Origin: a virus
Taxonomy: Duplodnaviria > Caudoviricetes
Virus record (IMG/VR): IMGVR_UViG_3300018914_000034
Span: 1-58,174 of that record
DNA: 58,174 nucleotides
Strand: one strand, 5' to 3'
Part shown: piece after piece, positions 26,971 to 35,258 of the stretch
How positions within the stretch are numbered: position 1 is the first letter of the stretch
How the letters are laid out: each line of letters starts with the position of its first letter
The notes under the pieces: model-generated
What the model saw: only the letters and a program-made list of their open reading frames with translations
Database searches by the model: none
Told to the model about the DNA's origin: nothing
Position numbers and translations under genes: made by a program

Positions 26971-27363
26971 TTAACGGGCTTTGAAGCCGACCGAGCGCAG
27001 CTGGGTCAGCTTCGTGTTGCGCTTCGCCGCGTTGTCGACGGACGAGTGGAAGACGAGCATCGAGGCCTTCACCTCGACGCCGCCGCCACCGTCGACGATC
27101 ACGGCCTTGGCGTCGGCGCTAGTGGCATCGACCTGGTAACCGAGGACTGCGACGGCGGTTTCCGCGCCTTCCTTTCCAGCCACCGAGGCGTTCGGCGAGG
27201 CGACGTACCGACCTGTGGCGGTCACCCTGCCGAGCACGGTGCCGGCCTCGAGGACGCCCTCGCCGGAGGCGATGGTGACCACCTCGCGAGCCACGGTGCC
27301 GTGGGGCTCGCTGAGGATGAAGGCGAGATTCCGCGCCTTCTCGGTTTTGATATCCATGGGCAT
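26971..27363 (-). CDS. Head decoration protein (lambda gpD family)
   Basis: FILSE..G..AREVVTIASG..L.AGTVLG. Confidence 0.9.
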   Translation of the reverse strand: MPMDIKTEKARNLAFILSEPHGTVAREVVTIASGEGVLEAGTVLGRVTATGRYVASPNASVAGKEGAETAVAVLGYQVDATSADAKAVIVDGGGGVEVKASMLVFHSSVDNAAKRNTKLTQLRSVGFKAR

Positions 27364-27376
27364 GGACGGAGGCTCC

Positions 27377-28432
27377 TTACTTCAGGGCCTTGCGGCGGTT
27401 GGCATAGATCTCGCCGGCAATGAGCTTCGCCTGCGGCTTGACCGGCGGCTGGACGCCGCCCGGGGCGGTAAGCCCAGCGGTCGCCACCCGGCGGGCCGCA
27501 TAGGCTTCCGGCGTTTCGTTCGGCTGCTGCTCGGGCGCGGCCGGAGCCGCGGCGGCGACGGGCGCCTTTTCGAGGGCGGCGATGGCGACCTCGGCCTCCA
27601 TGTCCGTCTCGAAGGCGAAATACTCGGCCAAGCCCTCGCGACCCTTGGCGGCGGCTGCCGTCATGATCGTCTTGATCCTGGCCTGAGCCTTCTTCGCGGC
27701 CTCGGCCACGGCACCCGCAAGTTCGGCGGAGGGTGCGACCGCTGTGGTCTCTTTCGTCATCAAAGGTTCCCTTGGTTGACGGGGGTGGTGAGCGGTCGCG
27801 GCCGCCCGGGCGCTGGCCTCCGCAAGAGACCAGTTCTTGCGCTTCGCCATCGCCGTGAGGCGCTGGGGAGCATTGGCGTAGATCCTGAAATCGAAGGCGG
27901 CCACGGCCTTGGCCTTCGCGCTCTGGCTCTCGTCGGCATAGCCCTGCTCGACGGCCTCGGCAGCCGTGAGCCAGAGCTCGTCCTTCATCGCCTGGCGCAC
28001 GTCCTCGACCGGGTTGCCGGAGCGCTCGGCGTAGATGGAGGCCATCTGCGACGCCATCTTCTCCAGGATCGAGCCGGTCTTTTCGTGATCCTCCGCCGTG
28101 CCGAAGGTGATCCCCGACGGGTTGTGGATCATCATGAGCGAGCCTTCGAGCATGACGATGGTGTCGCCGGCCATGGCGATCAGCGAGGCCGACGAGGCGG
28201 CGATGGCATCCACATGCACCGTCACCTGGCCCTTGTGAGCGGCCAGCGCGTTGTAGATGGCAATGCCGTCGTCGACATAGCCGCCGCCGGAGTTGATGCG
28301 GACGGTGACGTCGGTCTCGCGCCCGATCTCGGCGAGGGCGTCCACCACCTCCTTGGCGGTGAAGCCCTGCTCCCAAAAGCTGTCGCCGACGAACCCGTAG
28401 AGCACGAGCTCGCCGTTCTGCAGAACGGACAT
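27377..28432 (-). CDS. ClpP-type prohead protease with C-terminal scaffold domain
   Basis: INSGGG.V.DG.AIYN.L, AASSAS (Ser), MMIHNP (His), E.WLTA.EAV..G.AD; GAGGA RBS. Confidence 0.93.
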   Translation of the reverse strand: MSVLQNGELVLYGFVGDSFWEQGFTAKEVVDALAEIGRETDVTVRINSGGGYVDDGIAIYNALAAHKGQVTVHVDAIAASSASLIAMAGDTIVMLEGSLMMIHNPSGITFGTAEDHEKTGSILEKMASQMASIYAERSGNPVEDVRQAMKDELWLTAAEAVEQGYADESQSAKAKAVAAFDFRIYANAPQRLTAMAKRKNWSLAEASARAAATAHHPRQPREPLMTKETTAVAPSAELAGAVAEAAKKAQARIKTIMTAAAAKGREGLAEYFAFETDMEAEVAIAALEKAPVAAAAPAAPEQQPNETPEAYAARRVATAGLTAPGGVQPPVKPQAKLIAGEIYANRRKALK

Positions 28433-28443
28433 GGTTGGATTCC

Positions 28444-28695
28444 TCAGTAGGGCCGGAAGGCCATGCGTTTGGCGAAGCGGGTGCGCCTGGGCGTCTCGCC
28501 GCGCGAGATCGCGCATTCCCGCTCGAAGTGCTCGATCAGGCGCTCGAGACGAGCCGTGTCAGCCTTGTGGTAGCGGATCTCCTCGTCGCCGAAGCGCGCC
28601 GATGCGACGCTGTCTCCTGTAGCGATGGCGGTAAGGATGTCTCGCAGGCGGCGGGCCTCGTCGCAGGGATTGACGGGAACAGGTCCGCCGCTCAT
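28444..28695 (-). CDS. Head-tail joining protein (lambda gpW-like)
   Basis: IATG..V...FG...IRY.KAD...L..LI pattern; ATGA overlap with the portal stop. Confidence 0.8.
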   Translation of the reverse strand: MSGGPVPVNPCDEARRLRDILTAIATGDSVASARFGDEEIRYHKADTARLERLIEHFERECAISRGETPRRTRFAKRMAFRPY

Positions 28696-30368
28696 CGTTT
28701 CCTCCTGGCTTTCGGCGCGGGCTCGGGCTCCGAGGAGCCGCCCCCGTCCCCGCCGCGCACCCGCTCGAAGACGTTTGGCAGGTTCTTCGCTCTCAGCTTT
28801 TCGGCTTCACGCGCGCGCTGCTCGATCACGTCGTCGACGTCGAGGCCGTTCTCGGCACACTCGATCTCAAGAGTGGATGTGCCGTTGACCAGCCGCTCGG
28901 TCTGAGCCTCGGCCGCTTTCTTGTCGTCGGCCGTCGGCTTCGGTGGGCCCTGCCATTCCGCCCAGGTGAGCGAGTGGCGATTGGCTAGGAAGGCGCGGTA
29001 GCCGCCCTTGAGCGGGATGCGCCCCTCCCCGATCTCCTCGTCGAGCCAGCTCTCGTACACGGCCTGGTAGATCGGTGCCGCGATGCGCTTGCGCCGGCGC
29101 AGCACGATCGGCCAGATCGTCGCCCCTTCCATGCGGGTGCTGGAATAGGTCGCCCCGTCATGGTCCATCGCATAGGACGAATAGGTAACGCCGAGCGCGC
29201 GGGCGATTTCCCGCTTGAGATCGTTCGAGAACGGCAGATAGTCGGGACCAGGGGTGCCGGCCGTGAGCAGCTTCAGCTCCTCGCCCGGCGCCAGGTGCGA
29301 GACCTGAGCCGCGTTGTCCAGAGACAGGCGGCTCTCCTTGGCCTTGTCGAGGCGAGCCCCGAAGTAGTCGAGGAAGTCGTTGGTAAGATCCTCGTCCTCA
29401 AGAGCCGAGAGAGCCTCGAAGGCATCGGCGCTCGGCTCCGGCGATGTCAGGGTCGCGGCGAACACCGTCTGCAGGACGGCCGTCGCAATGGTCGCCTCGC
29501 GCAGCTGGTGATAGTTCGCCTGGGTGCGCAGGGCCGAGGCGATCACCGAGATGCCGCGCACATCCTCGGCGTCCCACGGATCGAAGGCGTGGACGACCAG
29601 AGTGCGTCCCTCGGCATCGCGCGCCCTGTAGTCGCGCTTCACCTCGATCCCTGACTGTTTCTCCTTGAAGCGGTAGGCGACCGGACGGCCATTGGCGTCG
29701 TGGATGACGCCCGAGTGCAGGCCGATGAACTCATCGGTGTCGCGCACGAGCCGGATTGGCGAGGTCAGGCACAGCTTCGTGCCGGACTGGATCCCGTAGG
29801 GCCGGCGCTGGTCCGGCGCGAAGAACGAGATCACGCCCACGGCCTCGCCAAAGGCGACCGAGTGGCGCAGCGCCACGTCGACCAGCTGGTCGAGGGTGAA
29901 CTTGCCTCGGGCGTCGACCTCGTCCGGGTTCTCGGCATAGCGGCGCCACCGGTTCTTGACCAGCTTGACCCACTCGGCCGCTTCCTCGTCGGAATAACCC
30001 AGCTTCTTGAGATCCGGCGACGGCCGCAGCTTCAGGCCGTCGCCGACGGTGTCGGCGAGAACCTGGTCGACCGCGCCCTTGAGGTGACCCGAGTTCTGGA
30101 TGAAGTCCAGCGCAAGCGCCGAGATCCGGTCCCACATGCGCCGGTTCTCGTCCCGGCTGTCGACGAGGCTCGCCTGACGCATGGCGAGAACCCCGTTCGA
30201 GCTGTCGCGCAGCCACCGGGCCGTCGTACGGCGCGACGGGGTGGACCCGACGGGAATCGTGGCGACTTCCTTCGAAGGAGAGGCCTTGCGGGCCCGGGGC
30301 GACGCAGACGCAGTTCGAGCGGCGGCTGTGGAGCGGCCCTTCGATCCGGTCTTGGTCACCTGGGTCAT
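28692..30368 (-). CDS. Portal protein (lambda gpB family)
   Basis: VG.GL.L.P.PD, VRGIS, L.PGEEL, IARALGVTY, TYSS.R; ATGA overlap with the terminase stop. Confidence 0.95.
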   Translation of the reverse strand: MTQVTKTGSKGRSTAAARTASASPRARKASPSKEVATIPVGSTPSRRTTARWLRDSSNGVLAMRQASLVDSRDENRRMWDRISALALDFIQNSGHLKGAVDQVLADTVGDGLKLRPSPDLKKLGYSDEEAAEWVKLVKNRWRRYAENPDEVDARGKFTLDQLVDVALRHSVAFGEAVGVISFFAPDQRRPYGIQSGTKLCLTSPIRLVRDTDEFIGLHSGVIHDANGRPVAYRFKEKQSGIEVKRDYRARDAEGRTLVVHAFDPWDAEDVRGISVIASALRTQANYHQLREATIATAVLQTVFAATLTSPEPSADAFEALSALEDEDLTNDFLDYFGARLDKAKESRLSLDNAAQVSHLAPGEELKLLTAGTPGPDYLPFSNDLKREIARALGVTYSSYAMDHDGATYSSTRMEGATIWPIVLRRRKRIAAPIYQAVYESWLDEEIGEGRIPLKGGYRAFLANRHSLTWAEWQGPPKPTADDKKAAEAQTERLVNGTSTLEIECAENGLDVDDVIEQRAREAEKLRAKNLPNVFERVRGGDGGGSSEPEPAPKARRKR

Positions 30369-32467
30369 CGGTTCTTCCATGCGTTCCGGCGGGAGGCCCG
30401 ATCTTCACGGGACTTCCTCACCTTTGCGGGTTTCTCGAACGGGTCCTTCGCCTCGGCCGCCTCGAACAGATCGGGCTCGGCGCGCTGCCCATGCACCTGC
30501 ACGAGCAAGTCGGCCCAGCGATCGGCGTTGAGACGGCGCTTGTGTACGAGGTGCCAGCCGAGCGCGAAGGCGTAGACCGTGACGTCCCACCAATCGTTCT
30601 TGCGCCCGACGATCTTCTTCCATTCCCGCTTCGCATTCGCCTTGATCAGGCGCTTGCGCTGGTTGGAGGACTGCGCATCCTCGTCCGCATCGACCAGCCG
30701 TTCCGCCGTGAGCTCCTTGGCGAAGTCCTCGTCGCAGAGTTCCGACGTCAGGTGGTAGGTGTTGCGGGGCCATGCACCGGTCGCGTCAGGTCCGTCGACG
30801 AAGTTCGCCAGACTGGCAGCGACCTCGGTTTTGACGTCATACAGACCCACCGGATAGAGCATGACCTTGGCGACCACGCGCTTGCGGGCATCCTTGATGT
30901 CCTTCTTCGTCGGCGTACCGAGCCATGGCAGGCCATGCTGATGGCGGCCGTCGAGGGCATAGACGTTCGGGCGGCCGGCGCAGAACCGATAGACGCGATC
31001 CGTGGCAAAGCCCGAATCGACCCCCGACAGGTCAATGCCTTTCTCGACGGTGCCGGCAGTCGGATATGTACGACCGAGCGCGTCGGCGAGCTTGATCCAG
31101 GGCTCGTCGGTTTGATCCGGCGCACCCTCGAAGATCTCGCGGTCGATAAGCCAGTATTGACCTCGCGGGCCAAGCGCCAGGCAGGCCCACTTGATGCCGT
31201 AGCCCTGAACGTCGGCGGTCGAGATCACCAGGCCTGCCTCGGCTGGAATTCGCCGCTGCGGATAGTAATGCTGGCGCGAGGCCTCGACGATCTTTTCCCA
31301 TTCGATGATCACTCCGCCCGGATCGTAAGGCTCGGCGAGATCCTGCTGGAAGAACACGCGCAGCTTCGTGGTGTCGCCCTCGGCCTCCTCCCAGCGCGCC
31401 CAGATGTCGGCCCATTTCTCGCGCGGCGCATAGGCCGCCCAGAGGTGATAGCTCGGCTGCCAGTCGCGGCAGCGGCCCTCGCATGGCGGGCAGATCCAGC
31501 GCTCGATCTCGTGCTCGGGGATGGTCTCCGGCACCGCGTCGGCACCCTCCGGAACGCGCGTCGCAATCCAATGCGCCCGCGCCATCATGTCGGGCTTGTG
31601 ACCGTCGAGGATCACTCCGTCGCAGGCGAGGCAGCGCATGTGCACCGGCAGGCCCTGCTCCGGATCGGCCGCGCGCATCTGCTCGAACTTGAGCGGCTGG
31701 AAGGCCCTGCAGTGCGGGCACGGCAGGTAGAAATAGCGCCGGTCCCCGGCCTCGAAGTCGGCGGTGATCACGCACTCGCCAGCAATGCCAGGGGTCGAGC
31801 CCTGCCATTCCTTGGCCATGTCGCCGTACATCTTCTGGCGAGCCCGGGCCTGGTCGCGCGGGGAGCCGCGGCCGTCCACGTCCTTCGGGTAGCCGGTCAC
31901 CTCGTCCATGGCGAGGTTCTTGATCGACACCATCTGCAGGCCCTTCGACGAACCTGCATTGACGATCTGAGCAAAGCCGCCGGCGAAGCGCTTGAACGAC
32001 GTGGTCGAGCCCTGCTCGTCGCGGCTGTTGACCGGCAGAACCTTGTGGGCAATGCGGGGGCTCGCTTCGATGGTCGGCTGCAGCTTGACCCGGTTGAACT
32101 TGGTCGCTTCTTCCAGGGTCGGCAGCACGATCATCATCGAGCCCGGCGCCTGGTCGACAGTGTAGCCAAACCAGTTCTCGATGGCGGTCGACTTGCCGAG
32201 CTGCGCCGCCCAGCGCGCCGTGACGCGACGAGCCGGGTGGTCGGGATGAAGGCAGTCCTGCGGCTCGCGCAGGTAAGGAACGCGGGCGGTCAGGAATGGC
32301 CCTGGCCACGGCGATCCCGATTCCGCCGAGACGACGCGGTAACGGTCGGCCCATTCGCTGATGGTGAGGTCCTCGGCCGGACGGCTCGCCGCCTCCAATC
32401 CCCGGAACAGAATCTCCGCGCCGTCGGGCAGCAGCGGGAACTGCGCTCGGGCGTCGTGGTAGGTCAT
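30365..32467 (-). CDS. Terminase large subunit (lambda gpA family)
   Basis: TISEWADRYR, AQLGKS Walker A, MDEV Walker B, STP, CPHC, TADVQ, VDSG, NDWWD. Confidence 0.97.
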   Translation of the reverse strand: MTYHDARAQFPLLPDGAEILFRGLEAASRPAEDLTISEWADRYRVVSAESGSPWPGPFLTARVPYLREPQDCLHPDHPARRVTARWAAQLGKSTAIENWFGYTVDQAPGSMMIVLPTLEEATKFNRVKLQPTIEASPRIAHKVLPVNSRDEQGSTTSFKRFAGGFAQIVNAGSSKGLQMVSIKNLAMDEVTGYPKDVDGRGSPRDQARARQKMYGDMAKEWQGSTPGIAGECVITADFEAGDRRYFYLPCPHCRAFQPLKFEQMRAADPEQGLPVHMRCLACDGVILDGHKPDMMARAHWIATRVPEGADAVPETIPEHEIERWICPPCEGRCRDWQPSYHLWAAYAPREKWADIWARWEEAEGDTTKLRVFFQQDLAEPYDPGGVIIEWEKIVEASRQHYYPQRRIPAEAGLVISTADVQGYGIKWACLALGPRGQYWLIDREIFEGAPDQTDEPWIKLADALGRTYPTAGTVEKGIDLSGVDSGFATDRVYRFCAGRPNVYALDGRHQHGLPWLGTPTKKDIKDARKRVVAKVMLYPVGLYDVKTEVAASLANFVDGPDATGAWPRNTYHLTSELCDEDFAKELTAERLVDADEDAQSSNQRKRLIKANAKREWKKIVGRKNDWWDVTVYAFALGWHLVHKRRLNADRWADLLVQVHGQRAEPDLFEAAEAKDPFEKPAKVRKSREDRASRRNAWKNR

Positions 32468-33096
32468 TGCAGGGCGCTCGATTCCGGCCGGTTAAGGGGT
32501 TCGCCGGCGAGTTCGGGAGCCATGCGCCGGCGGCGGATGGCATCGAGCCGGTCCAGGATCTCGCGGTTGAACACCTCGAGCCCGCGCCGGGAAAACGTCT
32601 TGAGAGCCAGGCGCACCGTGCGCTCGTCCCAGCCGTACTTCATGGCAAGCGTCGAGGCCTCGGTTTCGATGGCGCGTTCGAAGGCGCTCTGCATCAGGGC
32701 GACGGCGTCACGCCCGGCCTGGTCCACTTCGGCAACGACGGTCAGCTGCCCGCGGCGCTCGGCCAGATCCATCTCGCGCAGCTCTGCGTCGGCATTGGCC
32801 TTGCGTTGAGCACCGTTCACCTGAGAGCCCGCAAAGCGGGTCGGAGTCTGACTGGAGAAGGGCTGGGCCGAGGCTGCGGCCCGGCTTACCGTTGCGGCCG
32901 ATCGGAGGCGGATGTTCTCGGCGCGATGGGCCGCGAGCTTTTCGAAGTCCACCAGGTTCGACTTGCCCTCGGCGCGCGTGGGCAGGGCTTCCGCATGCTG
33001 CTTGATGTAGCGCGACAGGGTCGAACGGTCGACCGGATCGCCGGATGCGGTCAGCCGCGCTGCCGCCTCCGTGATCGAAATCCAATCCTCCGCCAT
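32464..33096 (-). CDS. Terminase small subunit (Nu1-like)
   Basis: N-terminal winged HTH (ISITEAAARL..VDRSTLSRYI), ADAELREMDLAERRGQL..V; immediately upstream of terL. Confidence 0.85.
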   Translation of the reverse strand: MAEDWISITEAAARLTASGDPVDRSTLSRYIKQHAEALPTRAEGKSNLVDFEKLAAHRAENIRLRSAATVSRAAASAQPFSSQTPTRFAGSQVNGAQRKANADAELREMDLAERRGQLTVVAEVDQAGRDAVALMQSAFERAIETEASTLAMKYGWDERTVRLALKTFSRRGLEVFNREILDRLDAIRRRRMAPELAGEPLNRPESSALQ

Positions 33097-33222
33097 CGTG
33101 CATTGTCCCGTGCAAATACACGTGCATCACACGTGCATGCGTGTACCGGTTGCGGGCTGACCTACTGGCGAAACCCGGGGCGCTAATTGCCCGTAGGTCG
33201 CCCTGCCCCGGGATACGGTCCC
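33097..33222 (-). other. Predicted cos site (cosQ-cosN-cosB-like)
   Basis: Minus strand GGGACCG-N23-GGGCAATTAGCG-CCCCGGGTTTCGC mirrors lambda GGGTCCT-N23-GGGCGGCGACCT-CGCGGGTTTTCGC; four TGCACG repeats follow. Confidence 0.7.
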
Positions 33223-33241
33223 TTGACCGGGGGGGGTGGGG

Positions 33242-33823
33242 TCAGCGAGGCAGAAGCCTGCTGATCTCGTGTTCCACCCTGGGGAACAGGGCAGTCTTGA
33301 TGACGGTCTCCCAGGCTGCCGCGGTCTCGCCCTTCACCATCTCCGTAGGGATGAAAAGACCGGACCTGACTTTCTCGAAGCGGTCCATGCCCGTGGTCGT
33401 AGTGCTACCCGTTCGCCTGAAGACCTGGCCGTTCCACTTCGGCTTGTCGACACGGTTCGGCCACCAGCCCGCGCGCATGAATGTCCCAGGCCACATGCCT
33501 CGCTTGTTCCAGGGCGCCGCGCTCACACCCTGACGGGTTTCTCGGGCCTTGAAGTGTTTGAGGGAGATGTTGCCTCCTCGGGTCAGCAGGGTGAAGGTCA
33601 ACCCGTTTCCCGACGGCGTGATGTCCTTGACCGCCCGGTCGAGAACGTCTCGCCGCAGGCCTGTCTGCTTGGTGAGCGCCCGGACCACCTGGGTCCTGGC
33701 CTTGCCCATGGTGTGCTTGCCGGCCCTATAGAGAACGAGGCGCGCCTTGCCCTCCCCGAGGGCGTCCAGCTGGTGACCGAAGCGCCCCATGATCTGGTCG
33801 TGAGCCTTGAGCTCGATCCGCAT
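33242..33823 (-). CDS. Minor tail protein Z-like
   Basis: Basic protein with AGKHTMGKART.V.R.L..QTGL, GVSAAPW, GTFM, G.VF.R; AGGAGG RBS. Confidence 0.75.
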   Translation of the reverse strand: MRIELKAHDQIMGRFGHQLDALGEGKARLVLYRAGKHTMGKARTQVVRALTKQTGLRRDVLDRAVKDITPSGNGLTFTLLTRGGNISLKHFKARETRQGVSAAPWNKRGMWPGTFMRAGWWPNRVDKPKWNGQVFRRTGSTTTTGMDRFEKVRSGLFIPTEMVKGETAAAWETVIKTALFPRVEHEISRLLPR

Positions 33824-34029
33824 CGGGCCCTCCTGGCTGGATAGGTGCGGCGGCTCCGGGTGCGCGGGCGAGAAGAGCCGCCGATGTCTCGCTGGTCGTT
33901 CACATGGCCGCCCCTCGGATAACGAGTTCGGCTTTGGCACGGGCCGGGACCTGCCCCCACCAGGATCTTACGCCCCGGCGCCGTCGTCCCGGCCCTCATC
34001 ATCGGCACACAGCCAGCCTCCCAGAAACA

Positions 34030-34064
34030 GAAAACCCCGGTCGCGGGTGCGCCGGGGGTTTTTC
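34030..34064. terminator. Bidirectional intrinsic terminator at the head of the late operon (tR'-like)
   Basis: GAAAACCCCGG...CCGGGGGTTTTT. Confidence 0.75.
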
Positions 34065-34111
34065 CGATCCTTCTGAGGGTGACCCAACATGGTCAAGTTT
34101 TTTCCGCGCCG

Positions 34112-34906
34112 TCAATGATCACTAGCGAAGGGCTCCTCTCGCGGGGGATGAATGCTGTTGTCTGCCAATGGCTTAGGGTTGTGGATAATTTTGTTTTCCC
34201 AGGGAGCGAAAGGTGCCGCCGGCCCGCTGACGTCGAACAGAGCAAGATTCGTGAGCTGGGCCGCCAGCAGGCCAAGCGCACAGTGCCAGGTTTGATACTC
34301 GGCCCGCTGCACGGCCACTATTTCCGGCGAGGTCACATAGATCGGCTCATATCCAATCACTTCCTCATTTCGACCACGATAGACCGGGCGCATGTATTCG
34401 ACCTCGAGCTCGTCGACGTCCGGCCGCGTTCCGGCTCGCGCGTTGAGGATCACAAGCACAGAGGTGTTGATCTTCTGGAGGCGGCGCATGGGCGGCTCCG
34501 GCTCGCCTGCGCCCCACCGCTTGGCGCGTGCGAACCACTCGCCGTCCTGCTTGAAGATCTCGACATTGGCGCGCATGGCCGTATCCCGATCCCACACCAT
34601 GCAGACATCCCGCGCCCGTTCGATGAAGAAGTCATCGAGGGCGAGCACTGCATCATGGACGGCGAGCAGATCCTCCGGCACGGAGGCCGCGTCGGTCGCT
34701 CGACCGAGGATGTTGGCTCCAGCCGGAGAGGTATCGATGGACGTGCCGTAGGCGAGATGCCGCGCCACGATCATGTAGTTGCTCTCCCCACTCGACGAGG
34801 GAGCCACAAGGCCGAGCACCCGCTCCGGCGTCACTCGGTCGACCCCGTATTGCCGATAGGCCCGCTGCAGCAGCATTTCGATGTCGATGGTCTCTTTCGC
34901 AGCCAT
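34112..34906 (-). CDS. Hypothetical protein in the Q/late-regulator position
   Basis: AAAGGGG RBS; IDIE.LL..AY, R.GTRPD, RAEY..W..AL..LA, P.APW motifs; function inferred from position only. Confidence 0.7.
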   Translation of the reverse strand: MAAKETIDIEMLLQRAYRQYGVDRVTPERVLGLVAPSSSGESNYMIVARHLAYGTSIDTSPAGANILGRATDAASVPEDLLAVHDAVLALDDFFIERARDVCMVWDRDTAMRANVEIFKQDGEWFARAKRWGAGEPEPPMRRLQKINTSVLVILNARAGTRPDVDELEVEYMRPVYRGRNEEVIGYEPIYVTSPEIVAVQRAEYQTWHCALGLLAAQLTNLALFDVSGPAAPFAPWENKIIHNPKPLADNSIHPPREEPFASDH

Positions 34907-34930
34907 GGTTTTTGCCCCTTTCGCTCGTTT

Positions 34931-35248
34931 GGGAGGCTAGGGAGGGTAGAAAACCGGTTAGGTTCCAGCCTCCCAAACTGCCGCCCGCTTTATCTCTTTG
35001 CTTTCGCTTGTCTTTTTCTTCCTCTTGGGAGGGTAGGGAGGCTAGGGAGGGAAGAAATAACGCTACGCATGAGCAAGGATTAATTCCGTCAGCCCCCTAT
35101 GACCCCTGAACAATCATCTCGCGCGTGATCCGGATTTATCCTCCCTAGGCTCCCTAGCCTCCCATCGCAGCGCTAGAGCGTTGAAATCCCTTGAACCCTT
35201 TGACGGGAGGCTAGCCGTTGCAGGGGGCGCTACCCTCCCTAGCCTCCC
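34931..35248. repeat. Iteron array, likely phage replication origin
   Basis: Twelve ~9-bp GGGAGG(C/G)TA units in both orientations, non-coding, directly after the helicase gene. Confidence 0.8.
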
Positions 35249-35258
35249 GGAATTGTGC

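Noticed and set aside
30491-32809. 772-aa plus-strand ORF (also 25359..26984, 27215..28450, 36063..37076, 55225..56253, 56487..57458)
   Set aside because: Antisense shadows of well-supported genes in GC-rich DNA; unlike the bridge ORFs I found no coupled start/stop junctions.
33229-33241. Poly-G tract as a phase-variation switch
   Set aside because: Intergenic and next to the cos-like site, where such runs are common; no frame affected.
35149-35157. GCTCCCTAG shared between an iteron and the att core
   Set aside because: Only 9 bp; explained by the iteron consensus and chance.
34931-35248. Repeat cluster as a CRISPR array
   Set aside because: Units are 9 bp, in both orientations, without regular unique spacers; no cas genes.
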